A stretch of DNA of 64,000 nucleotides from Marsupella aquatica. Lineage: Eukaryota > Plantae > Marchantiophyta. How positions within the stretch are numbered: position 1 is the first letter of the stretch; each line of letters starts with the position of its first letter. Positions 1 through 13,800 of the stretch are shown in pieces. The position numbers and the translations under genes are program-made. The notes beneath the pieces are model-generated. The model was not told where the DNA came from and ran no database searches. It worked only from the letters and a program-made list of their open reading frames with translations. The stretch is from positions 14,852,684 through 14,916,683 of the forward strand of contig OZ316896.1 of assembly GCA_973895155.1 (NCBI GenBank), given 5' to 3'.

Positions 1-3000
1 TTTGGCCTGCCCATAGAGAGTACGGAGCCTAAACCAAAGGTCCGAAGATAACTTCTCAGCTGTTACAGGTGCCGTTGTCGAGAGTTTGGAATGGATAACA
101 TTGATCTTGCGAAGTACACGATCTTGGTCTCGTCTGAGGCGCTCCAGTTCTCGAAACCGCTGATTTGCTCCCTCGCAAGTGGCCATACTCCTGCACTGGT
201 CGTCTGATTGTCAGGGCTGCTCGTCGATTCTAAGAATAAGAACAATGCAGTTTGCTACTGCAGTCTGCGGGTATGTGGCCCATAAGAAGTCGGGCGCGAA
301 ACGGCCCATAGCCAAGCCCAACTCTATCCCACAACGTCTGGTAGGAAAATAGAAAGCTTTCTACAAATTACTGTGACCCGCAGGAGTCGGGAAGAGTGGA
401 CCGAAATGTCCACAGAGCTCAGAGTCGCATTCATTAACGAGAACCAGCACACCTCGCCTCCTGCACAAATGATCAGAAGCCGTAAACTGTTAAATTGTCG
501 TTTCACTTGCTTCGATTGGGGTGTGGGTGATCCAATTAGTGTGCGATGCGTCAGCGCAATAGCAGCGGAATCAATGACAAAGGTGATCCCTACAGGTAAA
601 GCTAACAAATCCCCAGTCATTCTTGTGGTAATTATCTACAAGATTCCTGAAATTGCCATACGATATGTCGAGGTTCACCGAGATGATAAACGCAAAATTT
701 TAAATTAATTTCGAAGGAATAGATGTCCGGATTAATTGTGAAGTAAACATATCTCCACATGGCGCAAGAAATAAAATGCACAGCATGGAAGGAATCTAAA
801 GTAAATAAGCTCTCTAGATTACATAGACTTTAGTCTATGGGCCAGCTCATGCTCTTCAGAAATAGTTCTATTGAATTGACGACTCGAGGTTTGGCCTTCA
901 AAGACGACGAAATACTCTACAGACACTGAAAAGCTAAATGAAGGTGCTTTAGAAACATCTCTAGTTCTAGATAACCACGGAACCAATATGAAAGCGTGAC
1001 CAGACAGAGAAGTCATGTAGCAAAGATAGCATGTGCCCAGGAAGCCTACAAATAGATGCACAAGACTGAAGGGTCTGCACCTTACGCTGATTTTTATTTC
1101 AAAACCATCTCCGGATTTTTTTGAGTAGTTTTTCATGAATCCACAGAAGAAGAGTTTACACTGTTATCTGAGATGGTCACCAAATTATCATTTCCAAGTA
1201 AATAAAAGAGAACTCAGCTAATAATGATCTTCCTGCCTGATAACATGGAGAACCGAGTCAAGAAAACTTGAGAGGTTGATACGATCAGGAACTTCATAAT
1301 TTTCTGACACAACCAGGGACTGCTCCACCTTCATAGGCAGCTCACGGACAAGCTATGGCTGAAAATACTCATTGCTCCTCGCCATTCATCGGGGATGAAA
1401 CCCTAAACTTTGCTCTGTTCTTCTTTACAGACTTCCAAGGTTTGATCTGATATTTTCAATTTGTTGAAAAAAAAAACACCTTTGGAGACAAAACGAAGTT
1501 TCAAACTTGGATAAGCTGCAAACAAAATATGAAGCAAAATACTAGTATGTCCAAAAAATAAAACATAAACTGTTCAACCATAAATGGCAGAGGTGACCAA
1601 CCTTGGTCTGGCCCTTCGTTGGAATTATATTGACCTCGTGAACCTTCACAGATCCAAAGAGTAGCCCCAGACCACCACTGCACAGGAACGTGATTTGAGA
1701 ATAGGACCACAGAGTTGCGCCCGAACCTTCAAAAATGGCACAATGAGCCAATGATAACAGCTTGCCATACAAAGGCGGAACGCAGGAATGCTTTGACAAA
1801 CATAAATTGGCGAAAGCAAAGATAGACGTCATTCACAAGAATCGCAACTTCCAGCCTTGCAATATACTAGGTAATAAAGTAACCGGCCAATTTTGCAGGA
1901 ATCCTGAGATAGGCGACGAGTAGGGTGGCTCGGAAAAAGTTGGAATGCATTCGAGTTCCTAATTGAGTCCTCGTAACAATTCATACGAAAGCAACATCAA
2001 ATTGAGTTTTCCGAACTTACTGTCGCTCATGCTAAAACAGTTCCCGGATGTCTGGATATTCTGTTTCCATCCGAACGCGACAAGACATTAATTCCTGCTC
2101 AATACGACTTCTGATTGGTCTCAAAACAACCCTTCAGAGGGGGCGTCGTGCAGAGCGTAGAAAGTGACGAGACTCACAAGGACCAGCAGTATAAAAGGCT
2201 ACACGTAACAGCACCCAGCCAAAAGTCACACAAATCTACGGAAAACAAGCAAATGGCTTCTCCAAGCTTTGCAGATGGACGATTTTGTACAGCTGATCAC
2301 TTACCCGAACTCAAGAGTGAGATGCATTTAGGCACGCTTGCAGCAACTGCTTCCCCTTGGCTACACACAGATCTGCACCGACCTTTCCCTCGATCCTCGA
2401 AGAGTTCACATTGCATGGGCCAAACTTGATGAGTCCTGTTCGTCCGTCCACACTCCACAAGGCCCTTGATCGCATGGACACGAGACGGGACACGAGACGG
2501 GACACGGGTAAAGGAGGGGCGCAAGGTTACGAGACTCGCCAGTAGTGTTTTAGCACATTTGCTACCAGATCGGGCTTGCCTATGAATAGGATAATGTACG
2601 TTAGTGTCCATTGTGAGATATAATAATGACTTAGAAAAACTAAAGGGTATCTAACTAGTACATTAATGTACTTAAAAACTTGTCTGGCTGGAGGGCATTG
2701 TGACATATAATAATGCCCTGAAAAACAAGGGCCTGTAACTAGGGCATTCATTTCAGTAAAAAAATTTACTAGGACATTAATTTCCTTAAAAGTTTGAGTG
2801 TATTTTTGGTAACACACAAGAAAAAGTAAATTTCTGAGATAAGCTACCATTAAAAGAAGTGAATTTTCTTTGCATTTGTGAATAAAAACTGGCAAGAGTA
2901 GAAAAGTGAGCAGATTGTCAAAAAGGCGGAGGTCTTGGACACCTTCCCCACGCATATGGCTAATGGTGGTTTAAGCTAGAAGTTTTAGTTTCTAGTTGTT

Positions 3001-3494
3001 CACCCCTTGGTCTTCTAAGAAGATGCAAGAGCCCAAAATCCAGAGAGTCCTACCCATAAAGCATGACTCCCTCTTCATATTCACACTGCCAACGATCTAA
3101 AAGTGCCACACTGGAAGACCCAACAAAGAAGTGAAACAAGGGAAAATTCTGAAGAATACCCAAGAGGCAAAAAACTAGGGTCCCACCATCTGGTTTTGCG
3201 GTTTAGATCTGAAAATTAAAGCTCATAGGCATGTTCATAGAAATTGAGCAGCCCCAGCAAACTAAGGACAACAATTCAATAAGAATCCACAACCTTAACA
3301 CAAAGAAAAGACAATCTTTGAATCAAAATCCCACAGAGAAATGAGCGGAGAATGCAACAATCCAATCACAATCCCACAGACAAAGAGCAGAGTTTATGAA
3401 GCTCACATAGTTCAATAAATTTATCATAGTCCTGCGATATCAATGACATTTGAACAGCTACAACTCAAATGATTTTTGTCTTGTGCTTGAACAG

Positions 3495-3522
3495 TTTAGG
3501 CTTTAGGGTTTTAGGGTTTAGG
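3495..3522 (+). repeat. Short interstitial plant telomere-like repeat (TTTAGGG)
   Basis: tttaggctttagggttttagggtttagg: about 4 imperfect TTTAGGG units. Confidence 0.5.
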
Positions 3523-3715
3523 AGCCAGCTGCCTATGGAGCCATCTTGCCCAATCACAAAATCTCCAAGACAAATCAAAAACACTAAGTCAACAATCTCT
3601 GAAATTCTTCATGGCAAAAACTTGACAGAAATTGCAGCTCAATTTTGGGCATCAATCTAAGGGCAAAGTGTATGTTTTGGAGGTAGTAAAGCTATTGGAG
3701 AGGAGAGGGGGTTGT

Positions 3716-4145
3716 GGAGGGGGAAACCACTATCCCAACGTGCTACTCTGTACTCATTCTCACCCACCCAACCCAGAGATATGTTGAATCAAAGTACAAC
3801 AAATTATGTTGTTGAAAAAATAATTCTTGTAGGGAAGTTGCAATTTAAATGTAGTGGCTATGGAGGCAAGAGAGGGAGGGGAGGGGAGGCAGGGCAGGGG
3901 GTAATTTTGATTCCAACGCGGTGCTCCATGCTTGTTTTTGTCTACCCAGTCCAAAGATATGTTAAATCAAAGTTCAGTTAGAAAAATAAAATTTTCACAG
4001 AAAAGTTAGATTTTCTTTGGGAAAATGTGATTTGAATGTAGTGGCTATGGAGGCAGGAGAGGGTAGAGAAAATATGGAGGGGGAGCCACTAATCTAACAA
4101 GCTACTCCACGCTTGTTTTGACCTACCCAATACAAAGATATATTT
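3716..4145. repeat. Degenerate tandem repeat, about 185-bp period
   Basis: aatgtagtggctatggaggca(a/g)gagaggg recurs near 3848 and 4036; tggagggg(g)a(a/g)ccacta recurs near 3716 and 4076; the ...acccA...aaagatat block occurs three times. Confidence 0.6.
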
Positions 4146-4579
4146 ATTACATCGAAGTGGAAGGTCTAGTGTCAATGTCAACTCCCATTTCCTTTGGCAA
4201 AAATGCAAGAACTATATTTAATTCGCATTTTCTTTGGGAAGAACATAAGTGGAATGCGTGCGTTTTGCTCCTACCCTAAAAGCAATGATTAGGAGGCAAT
4301 GGGATTGATACAAACAGACAAAAATCATCAAGAAGAGATTTTTGACAGTGGGAGAGGGTAGACAAGGGCGAGCTCACTCGAGGCAACCAACTCCTTTACT
4401 TGGAGCAGAACAGACTGGGTAACAATTTTTTGAGGGAAATCCTTACCATGGAATGCAAACATGTGGCATGATTTTGACCGTTGGATGAGTATGAGTTAAT
4501 CATAGGTGGTTAACTTAACTAATGTTAGAAAAAAGTGACATTCTAGCAAGTAATCTAAAAAGCAATGAACCAATTGTTT

Positions 4580-5930
4580 CACACAAAAAAGGTGGCAAAG
4601 TAGTAAATCTCACTATTAAGTTATGAGCTTGTCACAAACTATTTTTCTTAATCATAGAGACATTCAATCAAAAAGTTTGGAGCTTGGTTGGAAGCAAGTT
4701 AACCTTCTTTAAGACGTGGCTGCCACTTACATGAAAACCAAGCCAAGTGCCCTTCAAATCCACAGAGGAGAATCTGTAGGGCTGGCTTCATGCTTATGAA
4801 AGAAGTCCTCACCACAGCGGGGGAATTTCTATCTTGGGAAGAGGGGCCCAGTCAGTCTCTCCCCTGAAATTGTGAGAAGGCTTACAAGAAATTGATTGTC
4901 AGCCTCATAATGGTACTAGAGTTTGACGCTGGTCGAGATCAGTTGGAAACCCTGTTCTTAGAGCCTATTCTTCCTGACAGTTCACAGAGGATATGGGAAT
5001 TCAAGGTGCAAAGAAAACATCTCACCTCAAATTGGCAGCTATTTCATGATACCTCTAAGCCATTGCACACTTTCAAGGTACCAAATGGCTACCTATTCCA
5101 ATCAGATCACTCTACTCTCCTTGCTGCTGATTTACTGCTATCTCGTGCTCACGGGGGGTTCACTATATGGAGGGCCATATATCGCGTGCAACGTTTTAAG
5201 GTTTGACCCCCTAACTTATAAGTGAAAAATAAGTTTTTGCAAAACCCTTTCTTTCTTTAAATTTTGTCATTTTTTACTAAAAAACCCCTAAAAATTTAAA
5301 GAAAATATTTTTTACAATTAAATAGGCCTATGTATTCTTTAAAGTTGACGAGTCAATAAAACATGCCCTATGTGTTCTTCCACCAAACTTTGGAAGTCTT
5401 CCGTCACACCCATTTAAATGGGCCTATACTTTGTCGCACATAATGTGTTACTTCCGTGGAAGTGACCCCCCCCCCCCCCCCCCCGAGATCTTGTGTGTTG
5501 ATTAGGAAGCCCGAGAAGGAAGAGATGGTACCCCTTCCTTGACATTTGCACGGGCCACCTACAAAAGCTACGTACAGGGACAAGCATGTACTGGAATGCA
5601 CAAGGCCTTGACTAAATGGACTCAGATACTGGACTGGTACCCTGACCCCAAGGTCCTCTAAAGCAATACCTGGGTGCCTTTGAGGGCAGCGACAAAGAAC
5701 TATTACTTATGGCAGCTCATCTAAAAAATCCCTACAATCCAACACTGGCGGAATCCCCAACTCCCGATTTTTTATGAGACAACTTGGTGCACCCAATGTA
5801 ATTGCAGCAACATGAAGGCATCATGCATTGCATTTGGAGTTGCCCAATGTCATAGCTCATCTGGAATTGGGCGCAATGCACTCTCATCTTGGCATCAACC
5901 ATTGGTTATGAATGTCAACTTGCAGTCTGA
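4580..5930 (+). mobile_element. Decayed non-LTR retrotransposon (LINE) ORF2 C-terminal zf-RVT remnant, interrupted by a MITE
   Basis: Translation with stops: KWTQILDW...KNYYLWQLI*KIPTIQHWR, then WCTQCNC...IMHCIWSCPMS*LIWNW (about 5610-5875). This is the C-x2-C...H-x4-C / IW signature of the L1-type ORF2 zinc finger. The left boundary is approximate. Confidence 0.6.
5153..5470. mobile_element. MITE copy 1 (termini GGGG(T)TTCACT / AGTGACCCC)
   Basis: Begins gggggttcactatatgga and ends ttccgtggaagtgacccc with an AT-rich core. A colinear homolog is at 25072-25320. Confidence 0.65.
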
Positions 5931-7404
5931 TGAGTGGGGTGTACCAGATAAGTTATGGCATATCAAGCGTACCGTTGTTTGCTAGAATGTATGGAAAGAC
6001 CGGAGCTCTCATTTTATTGAACACACAAGGTCCAACCCACAAGCTTGGTACCAGCTTGGAGTTTGCCTTGCCATGGACTGGGCAAAACAGCAGGCAAAGG
6101 TAAGGCACGGAAGTCCACCACTGCGAAGGCCTAAGCCATGTGTTTTGCTTATGGGACACACTCCGGTCTTTGGGAAGTACATGAGGGCATACTTCAGGTT
6201 CCCCCAATTCCACCTCACCCGTCTTGAATATGACTGGTTTCATAGGAATTGATTCTTCATTGCATGATAGACCAATAGATAAGTAAGTCTATCACAGACC
6301 CATTGAATGGAACCTTGCTAAAACCTGAACACTGGCCAGTCTCACAGTGTGCATCTTCTGCTGCAGTAGTTAAATTTCTTGTTTGGTTGCTTCCCTCTCG
6401 GGAGGCTTAGTTTCTTTCTTGGTACCGGACCAACCGATTTTTTTGCACTTCTGACCTCTGGTCCTCGTTTGGCGTTGCCCTTGTGGCCGCCTCTTTGTAT
6501 GCTATCTTAGTGAATGGAATTCAAAAAGATCTTTTAAGGCAAAAGTCAGCCTTCTTTAATCGCTTCCCAACAGGTTCACTTGTCTATCTTTTCTTTGATA
6601 GCAAAATCACAGAGAAGCCCTCTGCAGTCCTGAATTAGAAGACTTCTCTCCCGAATTACCAGATATGCACAATTTCAAGCGCAAGGGGGTTAAACCAAGC
6701 ATCGACTCTAAAGCACAACTACAATTTATTATGTCGTATGTACCTTTCAAGTCATGCAAAATGTCATTCACTATTAGAACCTATCCTTGCATGATGTACC
6801 ATCTATTTGTGATGTATTGTACACGTCATGTGAATACCAGAGTTGGGTGCCCCTTATTTTATGTCGACAAGTGCATTGGAAGATATACAACGTTAATAGT
6901 AGAGCAAGCTACGTTCAAATGAACGATGTAAGAATTGAACGTCATTTTTGACAGAGAAATGTTTGTTGTCTGGGAAGACATACATTGATATGTTGTTTTT
7001 GATATTGTTAAATGCGTAATGCTTCAAGCGACATTCACAAAATGTTGTGGCATGGTAGATGTTCAACACATAGTTAGGACAACGTAAATTACTTGCAATC
7101 CGTCAAGAGTCAAGATTTTTGGGTTTAGGGCTATTGGGACCTCAATACTCTTCCATTTGTGATTTCAGACGTGCATTCCTCTTTAGTATTGAGAATCTGT
7201 AGTGTGAGATAGAAAGTCTTTAACTATGGTGCGAAAGATATTCAAGGATGTGCATTGTTGTTTTCTTCTGCTCAATGAAGAGTGAAGTTGTGTGTTGCCC
7301 GTGGGTTTAACTGAAGATATTTCCCTATTTATACCATAAAGAGCCCTACTACCGTGCACTGCATGGCGCAATGAGGGCCCGACCATAGGGAGTCGGGCCG
7401 GGGG

Positions 7405-7590
7405 GGTGAGAGGCAGGGGCAAGTGCATCGGGACCGAGGGGATGGCGAGGCAGGATGTCAGGGCGAGGGCATCACTAGGACGAGGCAAGGCGTGGACCAA
7501 GGGGAGGGCAAGAGGCAAGGGCGAGCACATTGGGACCGAGGGGAGGGTGAGGCAGGGCGTCAGGGCGAGGCATTGTGAGGGCCGGCAAGG
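7405..7590. repeat. GC-rich imperfect tandem duplication, about 100-bp period
   Basis: gggaccgagggga(t/g)gg(c/t)gaggcagg(at/gc)gtcagggcgagg occurs twice. Confidence 0.65.
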
Positions 7591-7769
7591 CATCGTGAGC
7601 ATTGATGCCCATATACGTATATTGCGAGGGGAACTATCCATAATGAAGACATGGGCATGGAAGGCCTCACCAGAGAGGGCTAGTGCTAATCAAACAGATA
7701 CAAAAATCCACTAATATATCTAACGGCCAGTTTTGATTCTCACCAATTCTGGATTTCATAACGGGACAA

Positions 7770-8600
7770 AGGACTAAAAATGGCGGCATTGTCTATTATA
7801 GTTGTAGATTTGGTGATCATATTGACAGAGGACAAGACTGTCCGTGGGTTCTTTTGTCATGGAGGTGTGATCAACAAGTTGTGTACCGTGGAGACAAAAT
7901 ACATGTTGGGCAAATACCTGGAAACAAGTCCTTGAGCACTTTAGTGACTACCCTAGATTGATCGAGCACTTTGTAGAGACAATGCATTTCATCTCTATCT
8001 GTTGGGTAGAGTACTTCATTTTGGGCAACAAGGAGTTGGATCCTGTAGATTTCTTGCTGTAGCCAGGCAATGATCAGCCATACCCAAATGGGAAGACTGT
8101 CGCAACTTTGTAGCTGTACTATGAGGTCCGCGATCTTCCTTTGTGCTCTCTATCAACTTCACAGCTTCTATATCAGGTTGAGATTAACTGGGGGGTTAAC
8201 CTTAACCTGACTCAAGTAGTTGGGTTTTGATAACATGAATGGTCAGTGTGCCACCCAAAACAGTACAGGAGACAAAAAGGTCGCCTGACACATTATGTTA
8301 TGTCAAAGCAATGCAATAAGCAAGGTACATCTTATTGCTCTCATGTTTTGGACATCTGCTTGTTCAGGGCATGTATATAGGTAACCCATAAGGTTATTGT
8401 CCCGGCCATAAAACCTTTTATGTCCCAGCTGTACATACCTCATTTATGGTGGTGTTTTGATGTGCCTTATTCTCATCAAAGCCCCGCCCACACCATTTTC
8501 TGTTGGTGGAAACTTGGCAGATCGACCATGTTTGAGACCCCTATTGGATCCACGCCTTTAGGACCTATCTCCAGGTTTTACCCTTTTCGTTCTTTGGCAA
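7770..8600 (+). mobile_element. Heavily decayed LTR-retrotransposon pol fragments (RNase H / integrase-like)
   Basis: Short motifs with stops: KWRHCLL* (about 7778, like RNase H KWRHYL), LWWCFDV, and ETWQIDHV* (about 8509, like integrase core WQIDxxGP). There is no intact ORF. Confidence 0.4.
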
Positions 8601-9118
8601 TTATATATAAAAGCCTCAATGCTATTCTTTAAATGTTTGTAGAAGTGACAACAAAAGTCATCATGCACGGTCATCATTTTGACATAGATAACATTCTATA
8701 ATTCTTTCCATTGGCATGAATTTTGGTGAATCATGGTGGGGCCCTAAAGTCACTAATTAAGGACCCCCATGGGAATCTCCTTCCAAAATCCCTAGAAGCA
8801 CGTGCAACCACATCGGTACTATTGGTCACAAACAAGAATGGTTAGTTATGCAAGAAAAACCAAACGTGATTGTTTGTGTTTGAGGCAAGGCAAAGCAAAA
8901 TAGTTTAACCCCGGAACTATAAAAAGAATGAATTTTGAAAAATAACACTTCAGATAAACAAAGAAATTGGACAAAGAAAATGGGTTGTCATGGATAGATC
9001 AGTGTATTCTGGACAATTGGTTGAATTTTCTATTTGATTGGCAAACTTTTGAAATAGGGGTAGAAAAAAACTCTTGTGCTTCTATGATAGTAGAAGAAAC
9101 TCTTTGGCTACTATGGAT

Positions 9119-9232
9119 AGAGGAATACCAAGGAATGTAAAAAACCCTTAGATTACCATAGGAATACCAAGGGAATGTAAGAAACCCTCTGATTACCATA
9201 GGAATACTAAAGGAACACAAGAAACCCCTTGG
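9119..9232. repeat. About 40-bp tandem repeat, 3 copies
   Basis: aggaatacca-aggaatgtaa(a/g)aaaccct...gattaccat repeated. Confidence 0.75.
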
Positions 9233-10829
9233 ATACTATAACATTTTGCATGGAATGTGTGGAATGTCATATGGGTTGTATGTACATGGAATACAAAGGG
9301 AAAGTTTGGACTGTTACCATGAATAGGCTCCTCTTTTTGTCCTCTCATCTCCATACTCAAACATATTCCAATATGCAACTCTTCATCACTCCAATTTGTT
9401 GATTGACATCAAAGTCACTTACCAAGGGGTCAAGGAACTAATTTGTTGGGGCCCTAGAGTCACGTCTAGAGGGTTCACTTCTATCCTCCAACCCTTCTGT
9501 TTGCTATTAGATATATAGATAGATGTTGTTGACCCTTTCACAAACCCAACTACTCTACATTTGTTTATGCATTTCATGGTCAATAAAGTAGAGATCCCAA
9601 GTCCCTCATCCATAAACCAAAAGGAGCAAATGTTCTTATGAGTTTGTGCCTCTGAATTTGGACGAGTTCGAGGAACACTCCCGAAGACATCAATCATGAG
9701 AGCTCAGCTTTGTTTTCATTGTAATATATAGCTCAATGCTCAGCTTGTTAGGAAGGCAGGAGCCGTCCACTTGATGATTTTAGACGTCTTCAATTGGTCT
9801 TAAGACTCTCTGGAGTCTCGAGGTCTTGTATTGGCGAAGACACGGAGTAATCAGTGATGAGTAATCGAAGGCTCAACTTACTCAAGACATTGTTTCTCTT
9901 CGATGGGATTATGAAATAATGACCACGAATTCGCTGCTCAGCTGGTACGTTCGTGAAAGAGAATGGCTATTGTGGATTTGTGCATGGAAAGGAAGCGAGC
10001 TTTGATTGCTGATTAGGACCACATTTCCGATATCATCTATTATTTCATAACGAGATGCAGCAGGTGAAAACTTTGTGTCTCTTTCTTTCTTGGCGACTGT
10101 GGACATCTCTTGAAATAGGTCGTAAGGACTTCTCTATGAGAGGGGACATGAAAAATTAGCAGGATTCTCTGCAGGTCAGATGAATTGTCCATATAACATG
10201 TTCATGAGATAGGGGCTGTTGGGAAGGTTGAGTTTGCTGGACTTGTACGAAAGGCACTGCTGGAAGCTAGATATATACAGCGAATATATCCAAACTGCAA
10301 TCTTTTTTTGTTGGTAGTGAAGTCCATTGGTCTTCTCTGCTTCGTTTTGTTGCCTCATTGTCATTTTTGTCCATTCAACGTCTCTCTTGCAAAACCTAAA
10401 TTAATGGGAAATGAAGGTCTGCAGACATGTGTGAATTTTAAATCGAATTCTAGATTGAGTGTCATGAGTTGTCTTGGGGTACCCTTCATCTTTGTTTATC
10501 GCAAGGTCGAGCTGTAACATTGGTCAAGAATAGCCCTTCTCTGCGCAATGAACAATTCAACATGGTGCTTATGCAGGGTTTGAATCGGACACCAACTTCA
10601 CTTTTTCTCCCTACTCTGCACAGTACGTGTTGCAACCATCGCTCGCTTTTGTGAGAGAGCAGGTCCAAATGGCAGCCACTGGTGCACGCCATTTTTTCGT
10701 TGGGGTCCGTTTACCAACCCGCAGCTGGTAAACTGCTGTGGATGCTCATAGACACATCCTCAGATTCTGCGATGTACATCGGGGTTTAAGGGCAGCCGCG
10801 AAGGCGGACAACTTTAGACGGAAGCCGGA

Positions 10830-13800
10830 ATGGATTCCAGCGGGGGAGGTGGAGGAGGTGCCCCGGACAACCAGATGATGTGGCTTGTGAACTGCCTTAA
10901 TGCCACGCTCGACACAACTCCCGCCGTACGCATTGCTGCGGAGGATGGTCTCCGAAATGCCTCTGTACACTCCGGTACGCCGAATTTCTCCTTTTGCATG
11001 TATTACAACCGTGAAATAATTTCCTAAGCAGAATCGACCACTCGTAGGCACTTGAATTGAGAAGTGTCGAAAATTGTAGCGAGTTGCAACGTAAAGGAGA
11101 TTTATTGACGCTCAAAGAGGTCAAATGTCAATTTCAGGGGGAATTTTGCATTTGATCTTTTTGAGCTGTCTAATTTCTATGAAAAGGTATCACTTGAAGT
11201 GAAGGTACAATAACCATGGTAGAGTGAACTAATTTTGGATTTCCAATGTTATTTCTTGTTAGAGTCATCACCTTCTAATGTTTATGACGCGGTATACATT
11301 AGATAGCTGATGCCTTTGCTTTGTAAGGCTGTACTCAAGAAAATGGGATGCGGATTTTATGGTTCTTTGGATACGTGGACAGATAGTAAAAGGCGAAAGC
11401 TAGCTGAAATTTAGCCGCAATTCAGCATCTAAAATTTTACGCCAATCACCTACCAGCAGTCCAAGCTGAGTCAGATAGAATGTTACTATGCGGAGACACG
11501 GAAATTTCACATTGTGGATCGGGCTACAAAGTGGACTGTCCCTAATACCGATGTCTCATTGGTAAACTAGTTGTTCTCTCGAGATTGCCTGGATGACAAT
11601 CGTTTAGGTGATCCCTTCCTTTTTTCGTTGATCTTTTCCTGTTGACATTATGAAATTCCAATTTCAGGGTATGGAGTGGCTCTTGCGAAAGTCACAGTGA
11701 ATAGGGAGGTACCATTGGGCCTGCGTCAAATATCCTTTACAAAGTAGTGTGCGTTGGCATCTACGGAGAGGACCTGAGTCATGAAGAATTAGCAGACCAG
11801 AGTTAATTTCTAGTGCTCTGTCATAGTTTACTGCCTTTGTGGAGTCACCAGAGACTATTTTTTGCATCCTTTTTAGTTGTGTGATTGTATTTATGATCAA
11901 AATTGAGCATGCTGTACTTAACATCTGGTGCACCTAGCGGCCGTATTGCTGAAACAATATGTGAAGCATCATTGGCAAGAAGGGGACCAAAACTATATTC
12001 CTCCCTTGGCGTCTGTGGAAGAGAAGGTATTATGATCATGATGGAGTGCAGTAACCATTTAATGTCAATTCGGTGTTTGACGATTGTACCTAACTCATCG
12101 ATCGAGGTGCCACACTACATATTGAATTGTTTAAGAGCAACGCGTGCAGTTAGGCCGAATTGGAGCCTGATGTGTAATTATTTTGTCATTCATTATCTGG
12201 CAGGCTATTATTCGAGGCTTACTTCCTCAGGCATTAGAGGATCCCCATGGAAAGATCCGAACAGCTGTTGGAATGGCGATTGCATCCATTGCCAACACAG
12301 ATTGGCCGGAAGAATGGCCAGAACTTATAGGGTTTCTTCTCACGTTTATCAGTGACCAAACTGACAAGAATAGAGGTCAAACGCAGATCTCAATCAAGTA
12401 AAGTGAATAGATATGCTTAGCCTTGCATTGTGTGCGCCTGTTGGATCCGCACGGTGCAGAAAAATCCTGATATGTGAAAAGCATGCTCCCTGGAGAAGGC
12501 TGCATTTTTTCCAAGATTATTTTAATTACTTGAATTCTCTCCACTTTCTCTTGGTAACATATCCACTCAGAGCTATCCCTTTTACGGATGCTTACAACGA
12601 TCCGAAATTATCATCACCCTGGGAAACGCTACTTGTTGTCTATGTTATGCTTAAAATCTTCGTGCTACGGTAGCATTAGGATTTCCAGTACACATGCAAA
12701 TTTTCTTTGTCTACTCAAGTGAAAAATGATTTGATCTTTATTTTGCAGTACATGGTGCCTTGAGGTGCTTGGCACTATTCTCTGGGGACTTGGATGATTT
12801 ACAGTTGCCACCTCTTGTCCCGGTTCTCTTTCCTGCACTCTACTCTATTGTGTCAGCCACAGCCGTAAGTTTCATATCTAAAACCCACGTCCATCAATGC
12901 TGATGTATTCCTAAACTCATGTCACGAGTGTCTAACGCTAAGACGTTGCGCGCAGGTCTATGATGCCTCCTTGCGGCGCCGTGCCCTTATTGTCCTCCAC
13001 AGTTGCATTTCCACACTTGGTGTTATGAGTGGTGCATATCAGGTGATCCCATGCAGCATCAGTTTCGATTATTGATTTCTTCGTTCTAGTACATGAACCT
13101 GTATTATTGAATTTATCAGTGCGTGCTCCCCTCTCTTGTCTAGGAAGGTGCTAGTCGTAATAGATGCATATGGCATAAATGAAGGTCCTTGAACTCATGG
13201 TATATTATCTGTGAAGATGCCGATTTTTGGTGTGAGAGAATTTTCTTATGGGATCTCCGATTGCCATTGGACCTGCAGTCTGAAACGAGAGCTCTAATGG
13301 CACCTATGCTGAAGTCTTGGTTACACCAATTTGCTTTGATATTGGCACCCCCATTACCATCAGAAGATCCAGAAGACTGGGGATTACGAATGGAGGTAGG
13401 TTGGGAAAAATCAAAGTTTCTCTGAATGCACGTAATAGTTTATTTTGCTTCAAATCAATGATTTAGCTCAGAATTTCTCCTCCTAGGAAAACTTTGCTGA
13501 TCAGGTAGAAGTGATAGAATCAAATTCTGGTTCAGTATCAACTCTGCCATTCTCATAAAGGATAATTTTGCGTATTTGTCAACAAATATTGAGAACGTGG
13601 ATGAGAAGAAGTTCCTTCTTGCCCCAATTACATGATTATTTGTCTTTCCATTCCAGGTGCTGAAGTCACTGCAACAGATAGTGGAGAATTTCCCCAAAAT
13701 AGCTGCAACTGAGTTTCCAGGCAAGCTGTTCTCTATTTTGTATAGCCGTCTAGTTTGGAGGACTGAATGAGTTTCTTCCTCGTGTGTCTGATTGTCGTAA

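Noticed and set aside
63-2955. Many short ORFs at the window start
   Set aside because: No coherent exon chain or domain motif. GGCCCA site-II motifs near 278-320 hint at a promoter for a gene outside the window, but this cannot be supported further.
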